From contig DF237234.1 in NCBI GenBank assembly GCA_000708835.1, positions 48,224 to 112,223 on the forward strand: a DNA stretch of 64,000 bases, in the 5' to 3' direction. The stretch is from Klebsormidium nitens. Taxonomy: Eukaryota; Plantae; Klebsormidiophyceae. The notes below the pieces were generated by a model. That model searched no databases. It had not been told where the DNA came from and was given only the letters and a program-made list of their open reading frames with translations. Made by a program: the position numbers and the translations under genes. Shown one piece after another: positions 40,522-51,800 of this stretch (position 1 is its first letter; each line of letters starts with the position of its first letter).

Positions 40522-42336
40522 TTCGACTCCTGTTTTGATTAGGTCTAGAATCTGCGAATTTCAGGTATCTCAATCTTGCTTCAAAACTGGGGCCTGAAAG
40601 GGGTTTAGGTTGACGATTGGTGAGTTTGTTGCAGGTTCGTAATACGTATATGAACCTACCGCAGGCTCATCCTATCCCGGTTCTGAGCCACTGAGCGCCC
40701 CACTAGCGAGTTGACAGAACACTGTAGGTAGGTAGCTCGCAAATAATTCAGCACATGCTCGTAAGCTAGAGTACCAAAATTCACGAAGAACGTGGAGTAC
40801 CTTCTGATCGACCATCGCTAGCACGGAGGGCTTGGAGCTTTTGCACAAACAGGGCTTCAACCGTTGGCATGATGATCGAGGTGCCGATATCGTCCAATTA
40901 GGTACGGCCACGTTTGTGCTTGGCCAATACGTCCGTGTACTCGAGCTTCTGATGAATGACGGTTTTTGAATCAAAGCGGACCCTAAGGCGGATGCTCCGC
41001 AGAAGTACAAGGATGCATGTGACAAAGAAGGCCATGACTTGGTAATGTGCGTCCATGTTCTATTACAACAGCCATATAGATTAGAGCTAAGTTAGAATTC
41101 TTGCAATCGTGAAAACTGGATTGACGTGCATGATGCGGGATGCAATCTGGTTTTGTGACATGTGACCAGTTCAATGTTGAAGGCGGGCCCGATGAGTTAT
41201 GTCACATGTGACAACGCGGCCGGTAAGCTTGAACTGCAAATCAAGTTTGAGCATTTAACCGGAATAACAGCAGGCTGTTCTAGCTTGCCTGAGCAGTCAT
41301 GCATGTGGCTTATATCAACCATCTTCATATGTGGCCCGATACGATTGATATTCGGTTGCAGATCGAGCGCATCATACCTTCTACTTTGCAGCATGCTGGG
41401 GCAGTCGATTGAACGCATGTGCGGTACACGATCGAGGCTCAGCTGAATTGTCAATCAACGGCTCGCCGCCACATACTCCGCGCTGTAACATGGTCATAGC
41501 TCCCACCACCTGCATGGCATGAATGCAGACGAAACCGTCGAACTTGGCACCAGACAGCGTGCGTGTCCCTGTAGTGCGCGCCCGGCCGATCGAAGTTTTC
41601 AAAGCTAAAGCGAAAGATCAACCCTCAATGAAAAGGAACTGGCCCCTTGAGAGGATTGCGAACGGAAGAAAGGGTCGAAGGTCAAAATTGAGTGTCGCTA
41701 GTCTAGAGAACCTCCAGGTGGACCGGACCTAACGAAGCAAAGCCGTGTCGGACCTTTTCAATGCAACGAGAAACGCAATCTCCTGGGCTTATGAGAAGGG
41801 GATTTTAGAGACTGCTCTCCTGCCACTTCAGGTCAGCATGTTAACCAGATTAGCATGCTTGTCCTGTTTCCTCTAGGATTCACACCTTTTTTTTCCAACC
41901 AAACCCGCTTAATGGGTGCACAAGTAAACTCAACCAATCGAGTATGTTACTAGGGATTCCTAAGCATGCCTGACCAGACTCGGTTACATGTGCCTCTCTG
42001 CCCTGAGTCCCGCCTAGATTTCATTCTCAGACCGCTCCACAGGGCCTGCAGATGTTTGCGGTACAGTGTCAGCAACGCTTCTCAGCCGACGGCCCGTACA
42101 AGTATGTCGGCAGACATGCGGCACAAATAGTACAGTTCAGGGGAAGCAGGGTTAAAAAGTTCGGCAGCGGAAACGGCCCCTCCGGGTCGCTCTGGTTTGC
42201 GCCGTCCACTAAACCCAAAAATCGCCGGGACATGTGCTTGTAATCCCCGAATCTCGTGCACTCGCAATCCTGACCAAAAACTTTTCGCTCCGACCACCAC
42301 TACAAGAACTTCAACGAGCGGACAGGACAACTCACG

Positions 42337-44529
42337 TTAGATGACGTCAGCGGGCTCCCTTGGGACGCACGTGCCGTAGTTGGAGACGAAGCCGTTCTGG
42401 CAGTCGCAGGTGTACGGATAAGGAGTGCTCCACTCGGGGGCGCATACGCCAGCAGGACCGCACGGGTTGCCGTCGCAGACTACACAAGGATGATGTAGAG
42501 TTGACGTCAGATTGTAGCTAGTGGATTCCACTAGAGCGGGCATCACTTGGACTTTGCAGAGAGGTTTCCGGCAGTATTCGGGCCTCCTTTCCGAGAAAGA
42601 GGTTGCAACTCAATCCGAGCCTTCAACAGGATCGGCGTCCAATCTGCTTACGTATCCTTGTTCGCCTGGGTGTGCTCATACGGTCCAGTAAGGCTAGCAC
42701 TTTTCGTACCCCTGTCACAGAATTCCTTCAGCCAACACAGGTTTGCGGCTAAACGCAGGAAGTCGCCCTCGTTGGAGGGTGACGTCACGCTCACCGTCTT
42801 TTGCACAACGCGTTCCCCGCTGGTCTCCGCAGAAGGTCTGGCATTCAGTTCCCTGCGAGCAGTCGTAGACGAACGCACACGGGTTGGCGGACGGGCACTT
42901 CAGGCACGTCGACGGAGCGGGCCCGAACGTCGCGCTCTGGAACTGGCCGCACTTGCAGGTGTATCGTCCGGGTGCGCCCGGGGTGACTGTGCAGCCTGCG
43001 TCGCGCTTCTCCCAGTCATCGTGGAGCCCCTCCTGGCAGGGGTTCGTCGGATAGCAGGGGGGGTCTGAGGTGAAAACAGAGCGTGTATCGTGATTGCGCT
43101 TTTTCTCGTGCCTCCAAAACGGGGCGTAACGGTTCGAGTGATGATGTCTCTTGATTCTAAACCAGCGTGACTACGGTCCTCCTTCTCTCGCGCTAAGAAA
43201 AGCGGGTGAGAGCCTTGGGCTCTTACTAAAGGAAACCTGGGCATAGATGAGCACACCGATGTATCAGCGGCTGCTCATACAAAGACCAGACCTGGGGGCT
43301 TTCGAAGTGAGACAACATGACAGTAAGATGAGAAGCGGGACTTCAACATACACGTCTACGAACTCATCCATGCTGGCGAAATGCAAAGGAAGCTGCTGAC
43401 AGCAACTAAATGTAACTTGTACAGGAGACAATTCGTAAAGCTTACCTGCGGGGGAGGGGGGTGTTCTGGGGACCACTTCTCCACCTGTCAAAGGAGAGGT
43501 CAATTTGAGAACTTGAGAACTTGAGAAGTTTGAGAACTTGAGGACTTGAGAACTTTGAGAATTCAGTGAATATCCAGACAGCGTCCAACGGAGAGTTCGA
43601 TCAACGGGGCTTTTGCCCTTCTGCCGTGAAAGACTGGCGTAGATTCAGTGATACGCCCACCTCCGCCGTTCATGCAGAAAGCTTCTCTTGTGAACACAGA
43701 ATGAGAATGCGCGCTGGCTAGCTAACCCCTTCTCGCATCTCCCTTCAGACAAAGTGTTCATCGTCAGAATCCCCTTTCAAGCAAGCACTCCTGGGTATGC
43801 CAACCCTCCGTACGGGACATGACGTCACCCCTCACCGGGCGTCTCACAGTGCGCCCCCCGCTGGTCCCCGCATCACACGGAAACGCAGCTCGACCCCTGC
43901 GGGCAGTCATGGACGAGCGCGCACGCGCTGGCGGACGGGTACTCCACGCACGGGGACGGACTGGGCCCGAACGTCGCTTTCTGGTGGCGGCCGCACTGGC
44001 AGGTGTATCCTCCGGGGGCTTCCGGAGTTACGGTGCAGACCGCTTCCTCCTTGTCTCTGAAGAGCCCCGCCTGGCAGGGGTTGATAGGGTCGCAGGCGGA
44101 ATCTGGAAAGATTTGAAGGAGGTAGAATGCATGAGATGCCCAGAAGGAGCATAGGAAAACCAATCGGTCAGCCCGTTTGAAAGTCCAGAGAACATGGAAG
44201 ATGACTTTGAGGTGTCCAACAATGTGTCTGGAAACAGAAAGCAAAGTCTGTGCGAAGAGAGCAAGAAGCATCGATGCGAGCTGTGGCAGATTGCTGCCAG
44301 ATTGGGACGAACGTCAGGAAAGCAAAAAGCCTTGGTCATTCAAATTACGTGGCCGTTTCTCAAGCAGTTACATATGTGCAGGGATATGATCATGCAGCAG
44401 ATTGTGAACCGTAATAACCGGTCTTATGGAAAAGTCAGCTCGAGATTTGAAGCACTCGTTTCCAAGCTCGCCTGCTTGAGAGCCCGCTACGAAGGCGAAG
44501 AGGAACACCAGAAGACAGAACCCCTTCAT
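42337..44529 (-). CDS. Secreted Cys-rich protein with EGF-like modules; carries an in-frame TGA (pseudogene, poison exon or recoding)
   Basis: Signal peptide MKGFCLLVFLFAFVAGSQA from 44529 (possible GC donor at 44471). Symmetric phase-1 exons ~44102-43836, 43484-43446 (linker GGEVVPRTPPSPA), 43064-42795 and ~42480-42337 (VCDGNPCGPAGVCAPEWSTPYPYTCDCQNGFVSNYGTC, a classic 6-Cys EGF spacing). TGA at 43873-43875. The 3' end may extend to an extra exon at 42269-42069. Confidence 0.65.
43505..43561. repeat. Intronic 8-bp tandem repeat (ttgagaac) x7, degenerate
   Basis: ttgagaac ttgagaac ttgagaag tttgagaac ttgaggac ttgagaac tttgagaa. Confidence 0.9.
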
Positions 44530-45494
44530 CTTGTCCTTGCTGGCATGGGGCAAAAGAAGCCTGCAAAATTAGACGGGCAGATCGTACATGTACAAGTTCC
44601 AGACTTTATCATTGGAACCGTAGGAATCAGCGCCTGCATTGGGAAGGTGAATCTGGTCGAGGACAATGTGGTTCCGGCGCCGGGTGACGTCATAAGCTAT
44701 TGCAATTAGCATCATCAAGGTGCCAAAAGATCGCCAAATTGAAGAAACGGGGATAGCTTGCTCGCGGGTGTGGCCTACAGGCCAATTTAAAGGGGAATGT
44801 CGATAATATTGGCGCTCGCGATGGCGCTGGCTCAGCAAGCTGGGGGCTTATTCAAAAGGCCCGGGGTCAGAAGAAGCCAGTGATGCTCACCTAGTTTAAA
44901 AATATCAAAGCGCGACACCAGCAACGTCGTCCTTTGCAGCAAGTTTGCAGTCTAGCAATCTGGGGCTCTCAGCGCAGGCTCAGCTCCCACTGGCGGCTCT
45001 GCTCACGTCTTTCGATAGCGCAGAGGTTTTGAGGGTATCCTGCGAAACACTATCTTCGAATTATTGCAAAACGAACTGCGCCTGCCGCTGTTCGGAAAGG
45101 CTGTATATACTGTTCAATACAGAAGTTCGTGGACCAATTTTTTGGCGTCTCATCAACTTATGTAGCTTGTGCCACTTGTGCTCTGCTGAACAGCTGTCGA
45201 AAGAGCAATGCGCACTGGCCAGGAAGAGCCAGGGCCCAGGAGGTGTGCATCATGTGACGCATTATGCACTTTCCGGTCGCATTTATAGTGCCTATGAGAC
45301 AATGCAAACGACCGTCATGCTTTAGTAGGGTTTGGAGGTTTGGCGATTTGACTCGGCGCTTCGACGGCCGCCGCGGCGCGCGGCACCGTTTCAAGTGGTA
45401 GTGACTGGCCGTACAGGCAATCTCCCGCCGCTAGATGCTAGTGCCTAGCTGCTGGTCAGCTAGCTTGAAGAAGGCAGCTCTGGGCTCCAAGCAA

Positions 45495-47706
45495 GTCACA
45501 AACTTTCACGAGTTTGTTCTGCTCTCGCGCTTTGGCGCCCTTGTGCGAGCTTTGGCTTTCGTGGATTCTGCGTTCAGCGAGCGAGAGAGCTAGAGTCAGC
45601 TGTTAGCGTGTGCGCGCCCCCGCTAGTTAGAGATGGAGTTCCTCTCCCGATTGACTCCTTTCGAGGAGCTGGTCTGGGAGATGGTTGAGGGGGCCTTGGC
45701 TCTTGGGGAGAGGATCTCACTCCAGGCCTCCAGAGCCACCGGAGACGCTGCTGCTGGCGCGTGCGAGGCTCTCTTCTCCCCTCTCTGCGAGTCTGCCCCT
45801 CTCTCGCAGTCTTCTCCCCTCTCCAGCAGCCAGGACGTCGAGGTCCTCGCAAGCAGCGCCCTTTCTCAGGAGCAGCATACTTGCGAGGCGACCTTGGAGA
45901 CGCAGGGACCTGAGCACACCCAGGACATTTCTTCCGGCCTGGTCCCTGAGTCTTCGTTTCTGGCATTTGGCCTGGCTTGCTGCGCCTCTCAGAGCCCCGC
46001 TTCTTCTAGCAGCCAGGATGGTGATTTGGCCTTCGCTCGCAGCCCCCCGCTTCTCACGCACACATCCTCCAGCGGGGAGGCCTATCTGATGCAGGGACCT
46101 GAACAAACTCAGGATGGTTCAGACAAGTCGGTTCCTGCCCTGGAGAAAGACGAGCTGCTTTTTCCTCAGTTGCTTGCGAGCGCTGAGCTGCCCACACAGC
46201 TGTGCGAGCGGGGCTTGTGTGGCGCCACTGAGGGGGCACTGCCTGCGGGTGGCGAAAGAGTCTCAGAGGAAGAGGAGGGTGCAGGCAGTGGGAGGTCTCA
46301 GAGTTTGGTTTTGGCAGAGCCCAGCGGGGGGGCCTGCCACTTTGAGAGGCTGGACAGGGGGTGCGTGTACAAATCTTGCAGAAACTCACAAACACGCACC
46401 TCGAGGTTTGTTCTCTGGTGTGCCGCGAGTGGCTGGAGATCTCGAATGAGCTGCGGTCCACCATGAGGTTAGAGGGAGCTCCCCAGTTCGCAGCCCTGCC
46501 ATCCTTGCTCCGCCGCTTCACCCGGTTGAGCAGTCTCCACATCTTGGACGTCACGCCCGCAGTGTGCCTGGACGACACGTTCATGAGGCATGTGGCGCAA
46601 CTCGCTCCGCTGGAGAACCTTCATATACAAGGCTGCGATGGTCTTACCGAGACGGGGCTGGTTGCGGTTCTGAGGGGTTGTCCAGCCCTGCGTACGCTCA
46701 TCTTGGAGCAGTGCGGGGGGCTCTGCGGGAGGGCCTTTGAGGGGATCCCCTGCAGGCTGGAGGAGCTGGCACTGGAGTTCTGTGGCGGAACGACCAATGA
46801 GGCGCTGTTCTGGGTGGCAGAAGCTTGCCCGGGGCTGGTTACGCTCTCTGTGAAGACAGGATCGAAGGATGCTTCTCTTGGTGTCGGCCTTGAGATGCTG
46901 GCCCAGCGGTGCAAGGGGCTGACGAAGCTCGTTCTGCACGCCTGCGGGGTGACAGACGAGACTCTCCTGGCCTTTGCTGTGGGCTGCCCCGGCCTGTCTT
47001 CGCTCGAGTTGCACTGCGAGCCCGCCATCACAGACGGGGGGCTGGCAGCCGTGACGTCATGCCTCTACCAGCTGCAGCATTTGGTCCTCTTCAACAACCG
47101 CAAGCTTTTCCAGATTCCACGCAGCGGGTAAGTTGTTGCATTTGTAGATTTGTGCAGCGAAAGAGCTCACTTGATGGAAGGCTCTTGCTGGTTCTCAGTT
47201 TCAGCAACTTGATACACTTTGTTTAAGTTCTTGCAATCAGAAACTGCCCAATCCACGTCGTTTGCAAGATGATGCTCAGCATGCACGTCCTTGTTGACAT
47301 AAGCAAAGGCGTGATCGACAATTACCCCCAACTGACTCATCCCTTACCTTTTGAATGCAGGCCCGGCCTAAAGTTGAAGACTCTTAGTCTAGGTTGGTTT
47401 TGGTACACCCCGGATTTGCTGCTGCGGCAGGTCACGGAGGAAGAGAGTTTAGAAACGTTGCAGATCTATGGGTGCTCCTTTTTGAAGGATGCCACCGTTG
47501 AGAGAGTCCTAGCGAAGTGCAGCCACTTAAAAGTGCTTGGGTTTGCTTTTGATGAGCTCCTAACTCCGGGATTATTGGAAGCTTATGCTAGATGCAGTAG
47601 GAAGGTCTTCCTCGAGATCAAAAAATGCAAGGGCATTGATGCAGGTGGTCTATCTGAGCAGTTGCGGAATTTGTCTAACGTTGAGGTTGATAAGGACACA
47701 AACTGA
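45495..47706 (+). repeat. Segmental duplicate A (paired with 57874-60053)
   Basis: Near-identical sequence starts gtcacaaact...gagtttgttctgctctcgcgctttggcgcc about 140 bp upstream of both ATGs and homology continues to both stop codons. Confidence 0.95.
45633..47706 (+). pseudogene. F-box/LRR protein copy 1 with SQ/TQ-rich N-terminus; 1-nt frameshift at the start of the F-box (or an assembly error)
   Basis: Exons 45633-47127 and 47361-47706. F-box motif ILQKLTNTHLEVCSLVCREWLEI and Cys-containing LRRs (LRGCPALRTLILEQCGGL, AVGCPGLSSLELHC). At 46370, gtgtac-aaatc compares with gtgtatgaaatt in copy 2, so the N-terminal ORF (45633-46466) and the LRR ORF are out of frame. Confidence 0.75.
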
Positions 47707-48853
47707 TGGCAGCTAATTTATATGTTAACCATATATTGTAGGACAGACCTGGCTCGCATAGTTCTAGTTTGTACATAGACGATGTAGTCTAGATTTGAAA
47801 GCACGCGGGCTCCATAATTAAGTTTGTGTTGAACATTCTCTATTCTTAAGTGGGTTTGACATTTTAGCCTTAATTGTTGGATTGGGCCCGGCTGCAATGA
47901 ACTCCTCACTTTCGTCGGATCCTTGCACGTCAGTGCCTATGAGGCACGAATGCAGTTGAGACGGTCATTCCTCAGTACTGGCGGCGACGTCATGACTGCT
48001 GCAGCGCGTAAAATGATGCCAGACGCGTGTAAGCCTAGTTTGCACATGTCGACAGGCCCGGTGCTCAATTGATTTTACGGAGCTCTACACCAACATAAGT
48101 ATACATGTCTTCCAACAACTTATAGGCATTCAATGTACTGGTATTCAAACGATCCATGCAACATATGAGTTGCAACTAAAGGCTGAATCAACCTTGATTC
48201 GCTCTTGCTAGAAAATAATTAGAGCTACATAACAGAAATCTGCGGGCTTAATGATACTTGGAGTGCATTTTCTTGTAGTGGGCGAGTTAGTGGCCCGGTC
48301 ATGCAACTGCCAACGTGTTAATTCGCCACAGAATACTCAGTATCCAGGCCGTTCGTCCAACATAAGAATATCATACAGTTTTGAAGACCAGACTGCTATA
48401 AGCGTCTGCATGATCAACAAAGTCTGCTCAATCGACTTGATTGAAATGATCTCTCCTCATCACGTACACTGCGATCCGGCTTCCCTGCTTGATAAGGATC
48501 CTTGACCTTCTCATTACTGCGCCCTACTGGACCACTGAGCAATATCGAGCGCTGCATGCACTAGTTGCGGGTTGCGTAAACATTGATTGACTATACAGTC
48601 GCCGAATACAACGTCGGGCTGCTCAACCTGATCTCATCACGTATTCGACCTTCTGTCAGTCGCCTACCGTCCGTAAAGGGCATGGGGATCTCTCCTCTCT
48701 TTGATCCAAGTTGCTTCTATCCTGTCGAGCATGAGTATTATTGAAAGTCCTCTACAGTCCACATATTGGCTCTAAACCGTAATCCCTGACGCCTTCCTTC
48801 ATTTCTTGCTGGCCGTACTGCAAGTGCAGCGCAGTCGAAAGGTCAGGCGTGCA

Positions 48854-51800
48854 TCACATGCGGTAACATTCTGCAAAAGCCTCAAGAGTATTTGCGACAA
48901 TCTGACGACGAGACTCTTCTGAATCTCCATTCGTACGCAGGCACCTAAAAAATCTCGTCAGCAAAGCCGCAGATGTACGAGGCAACAAATATGCCGTAAA
49001 TAACGGTCTTGCCTCTTAGCCCGTTGTCCGCTGGAAGTGGCCATCGGTGAGGTCAACACGGAAGCGGGACTCGGGAGCGTCTGAGAGCACAAAAAACAGA
49101 CGTTAAAGGTCTCGAATATGCTGCCAGCATGCTAATGACGTGGCAGACGTGCTCGAGAGTTGATTGGAGCCATCCTAGTTTCAGCCACTGTCTAGAAGGC
49201 AGGTGGCACACGGAATCGTGGATCGACTCAAGCACGCCGTGCGGCCAGGCCTCACGATCCTGGAATAATAAACTTACGGGGGAAGGGGCGGCAGAAGCAG
49301 AAGCGAGCTCCAGCAATTGCATCCGCTCCGCCTGCAAGGAGTAGTCGGGAAAGGTCTCTTCTCTAGGTAGAGCTTACAAAGTATCAGCCGCGTGGAGATA
49401 AGATTCCGTCTGAATTCTAGAAAATCAAACAAGTCAACCTTGAAAGCGCGCCTCCATCCTGCTGCGCGTCCATTAGCGAAAGACGCAAGTGGCGCTTGTT
49501 TGAACTCACCTCGGGCACGAAAGCGCTCGCACCATGCAAGGAAAAGAGCAGCTTTTGCAGTGAGTGTAGTTGCTGCAGGGAAACAACGTAGTTTATGCTT
49601 GGAGCCACGCACTTTGAGGGCGTGATCCTAAAAGTCGGTGGCCGGGATTGAAGCAAACGTTGCCGAAAATCCGAAAAGGAAGCCGAATAGTTGCAAAAAC
49701 CAGAAACGGAGACGAGGAAGCAGAGTCGTAGCGGCTATGACTTTGTATCGGAGGTGCCACACCACGTGTCTCCACATGGCTTGATGGCAAGTGCAGAGTC
49801 CTGCAGGAGGAGTATTGCCGGCAGAAGGATCCTCCCCGGAGTTTCTAAAATGATGCTACTGATGCGGCGAGTTCCGCGAGATTGGGGAAGGTTGCGACCA
49901 AACAAGGGTCCGGGCCACGAACGCCCGTGGCCCTGCGTTTCGAGCAATTTCCACACATATTCGCTCACCAGCTGCAGTGTCTGGCGCTCCCTCTGCGCGC
50001 TGTCCATGTCGGCGCGTACGGTCTTCAACAGCGCCGCCTCCCGCTCCGCGTCCTGCGCCCTTTGCGCGACGTCGCGCTCCTGCTGCGCGCGCCTCTTGCG
50101 CATCTGGTGCGAGTACTCGGCAGCAGTGGCGGCATTGTCCGCCTGCAGGAAGGACCAGGAAGCGTCAGAAGGCGGGCCGAAGTTCTACTAAAAGGTTTCG
50201 GTTGTGCAAAGGTAGACGTGGCATTATGACCAGATTTCCGTCAGAATCAAAAGACGGTCGATGAGCAAGCGGAGTGGGAACAGAAACTGAGATAGGGAGG
50301 TCCTCGTAGTTTAGGTCTCAATCACTCTTCAGTGTTGGATAAATCCAAAACAAAGCTTTGCTGTGGCATGGGGCTCGCTCATGCTCGATCAAGACACCCT
50401 ATCTACACAAAAAGACATGCTGTTCTGTTTGATCAGAAGCAAGTTTTTGTTGGGGGCGAATTTCTGCTGGGACGCATCGCATGTTTAAGATCTCGGCCTC
50501 CTCATGTAGAGCAGGATACGGACGGCGTCTCGCTTACCTCCAGCTGTCGAATGCGCTGCAGGCGCCCCGCCAAAGTCGAAACAAAGTCTGCCGGGGCAAC
50601 GCTGCCGAGGATACCCGTTGCCTGCAACTCTGCGGACTGCACACAAGGAAGACCCAGGTTCTCATTAAGCTTTATCTTACGAGTATCCTGACTAAGGCCC
50701 TCGTGCCCTGCTTTACTTACAATGTACAACAACGCTGCCTGGAAAGGGCATGCAGACTACAGCCTTCGATATGCGGATTAAGTAGAGCTGTGTCTGGAAG
50801 ATCGTGACGTCACTGCCCTCACAAGCACAGCTTCACATTCTCAAAGAAAAGGTCTTTGACGAAATTTCAAGATAGAAGGCCTATGATAACGAAAGATTTG
50901 GGAAAGCCTGACACTGCCGTCACCTGGACAACATTTTCAAAGAGCCCGCACGTAGAGGCTTAAGGTCCTCAACCGTTATTCCCCCTTTCAGGTGCCTCAC
51001 TTTCATTCTCTCTGAATTTTTGGAAAGTCTGCCCATAGCCGTTCAGACCGGGCGCTTCCTCACCTGCTTCTCTAGCGCCGCCCGCGCCCGCTCGCTCCTC
51101 TCCAGGTCCTCCCGCAGCTTCCTCTCCACCAATGACGGCGCCCCCCTCTTCTGCGCTACAAAGTGCTTCTCCCCGGGGGATACCACCTCCTTGCCCTTGC
51201 CCTTCAGCGCGGCACGCTCCTTCTCCACCCCCGCCAGCTTCTCGCGCAGGCCCCGAATCGCCTCTTCTTTTTCCGCCAGCTCATTCTGCCACACAGCCCG
51301 CTCGTCCTCGCGCTTCTCCACCTCACCCTGCCACGCGGCCACCTGCTCCCGGAGAGCGTTCACCTCCGTTGATCGCTCCGCTAGTTCCTCCTTGAGGGCC
51401 GCGATAACCTCGCGCGCGTCCGCGGCCCCCTTCGCCCCCGCGCGCCGCTCCTCGTGGAGGGCCAGCTCGTACCCCGCGCACTTTTCGTCTAGCGCCGCGA
51501 GCTGTGCGCGCGCTTCTGCTGCCGCCTTCTCGCCACCGTCGCCCTTCATGGCAAGTTCCGACTTCAGCCGCTCGTTCTCCTTCTTGACCGATTCGAGTGT
51601 CGCAACCAAAGTGGCCTCCGTGCGCTTCGTTTCGCTCAGCTTGTGCGTCCACAGGGCGTTCTCAGCCCGAAGCGCCGACATCGCCACCCGTGCAGACTCC
51701 ACTTCTTCGTGCTCCGCGGCGAGCTTTGTTTTCAGCCGCGTGTTCATTTTCTCGAGCGCCGCCAGCTTCTCGGTCGCCTCCGCGGCCGCCTTCTTCGCCC

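Noticed and set aside
40672-41025. Coding-looking fragments on both strands downstream of GT61 copy 2
   Set aside because: Frames are interrupted by stops and I could not link them by splice sites or assign a family; a degraded gene remnant cannot be excluded.
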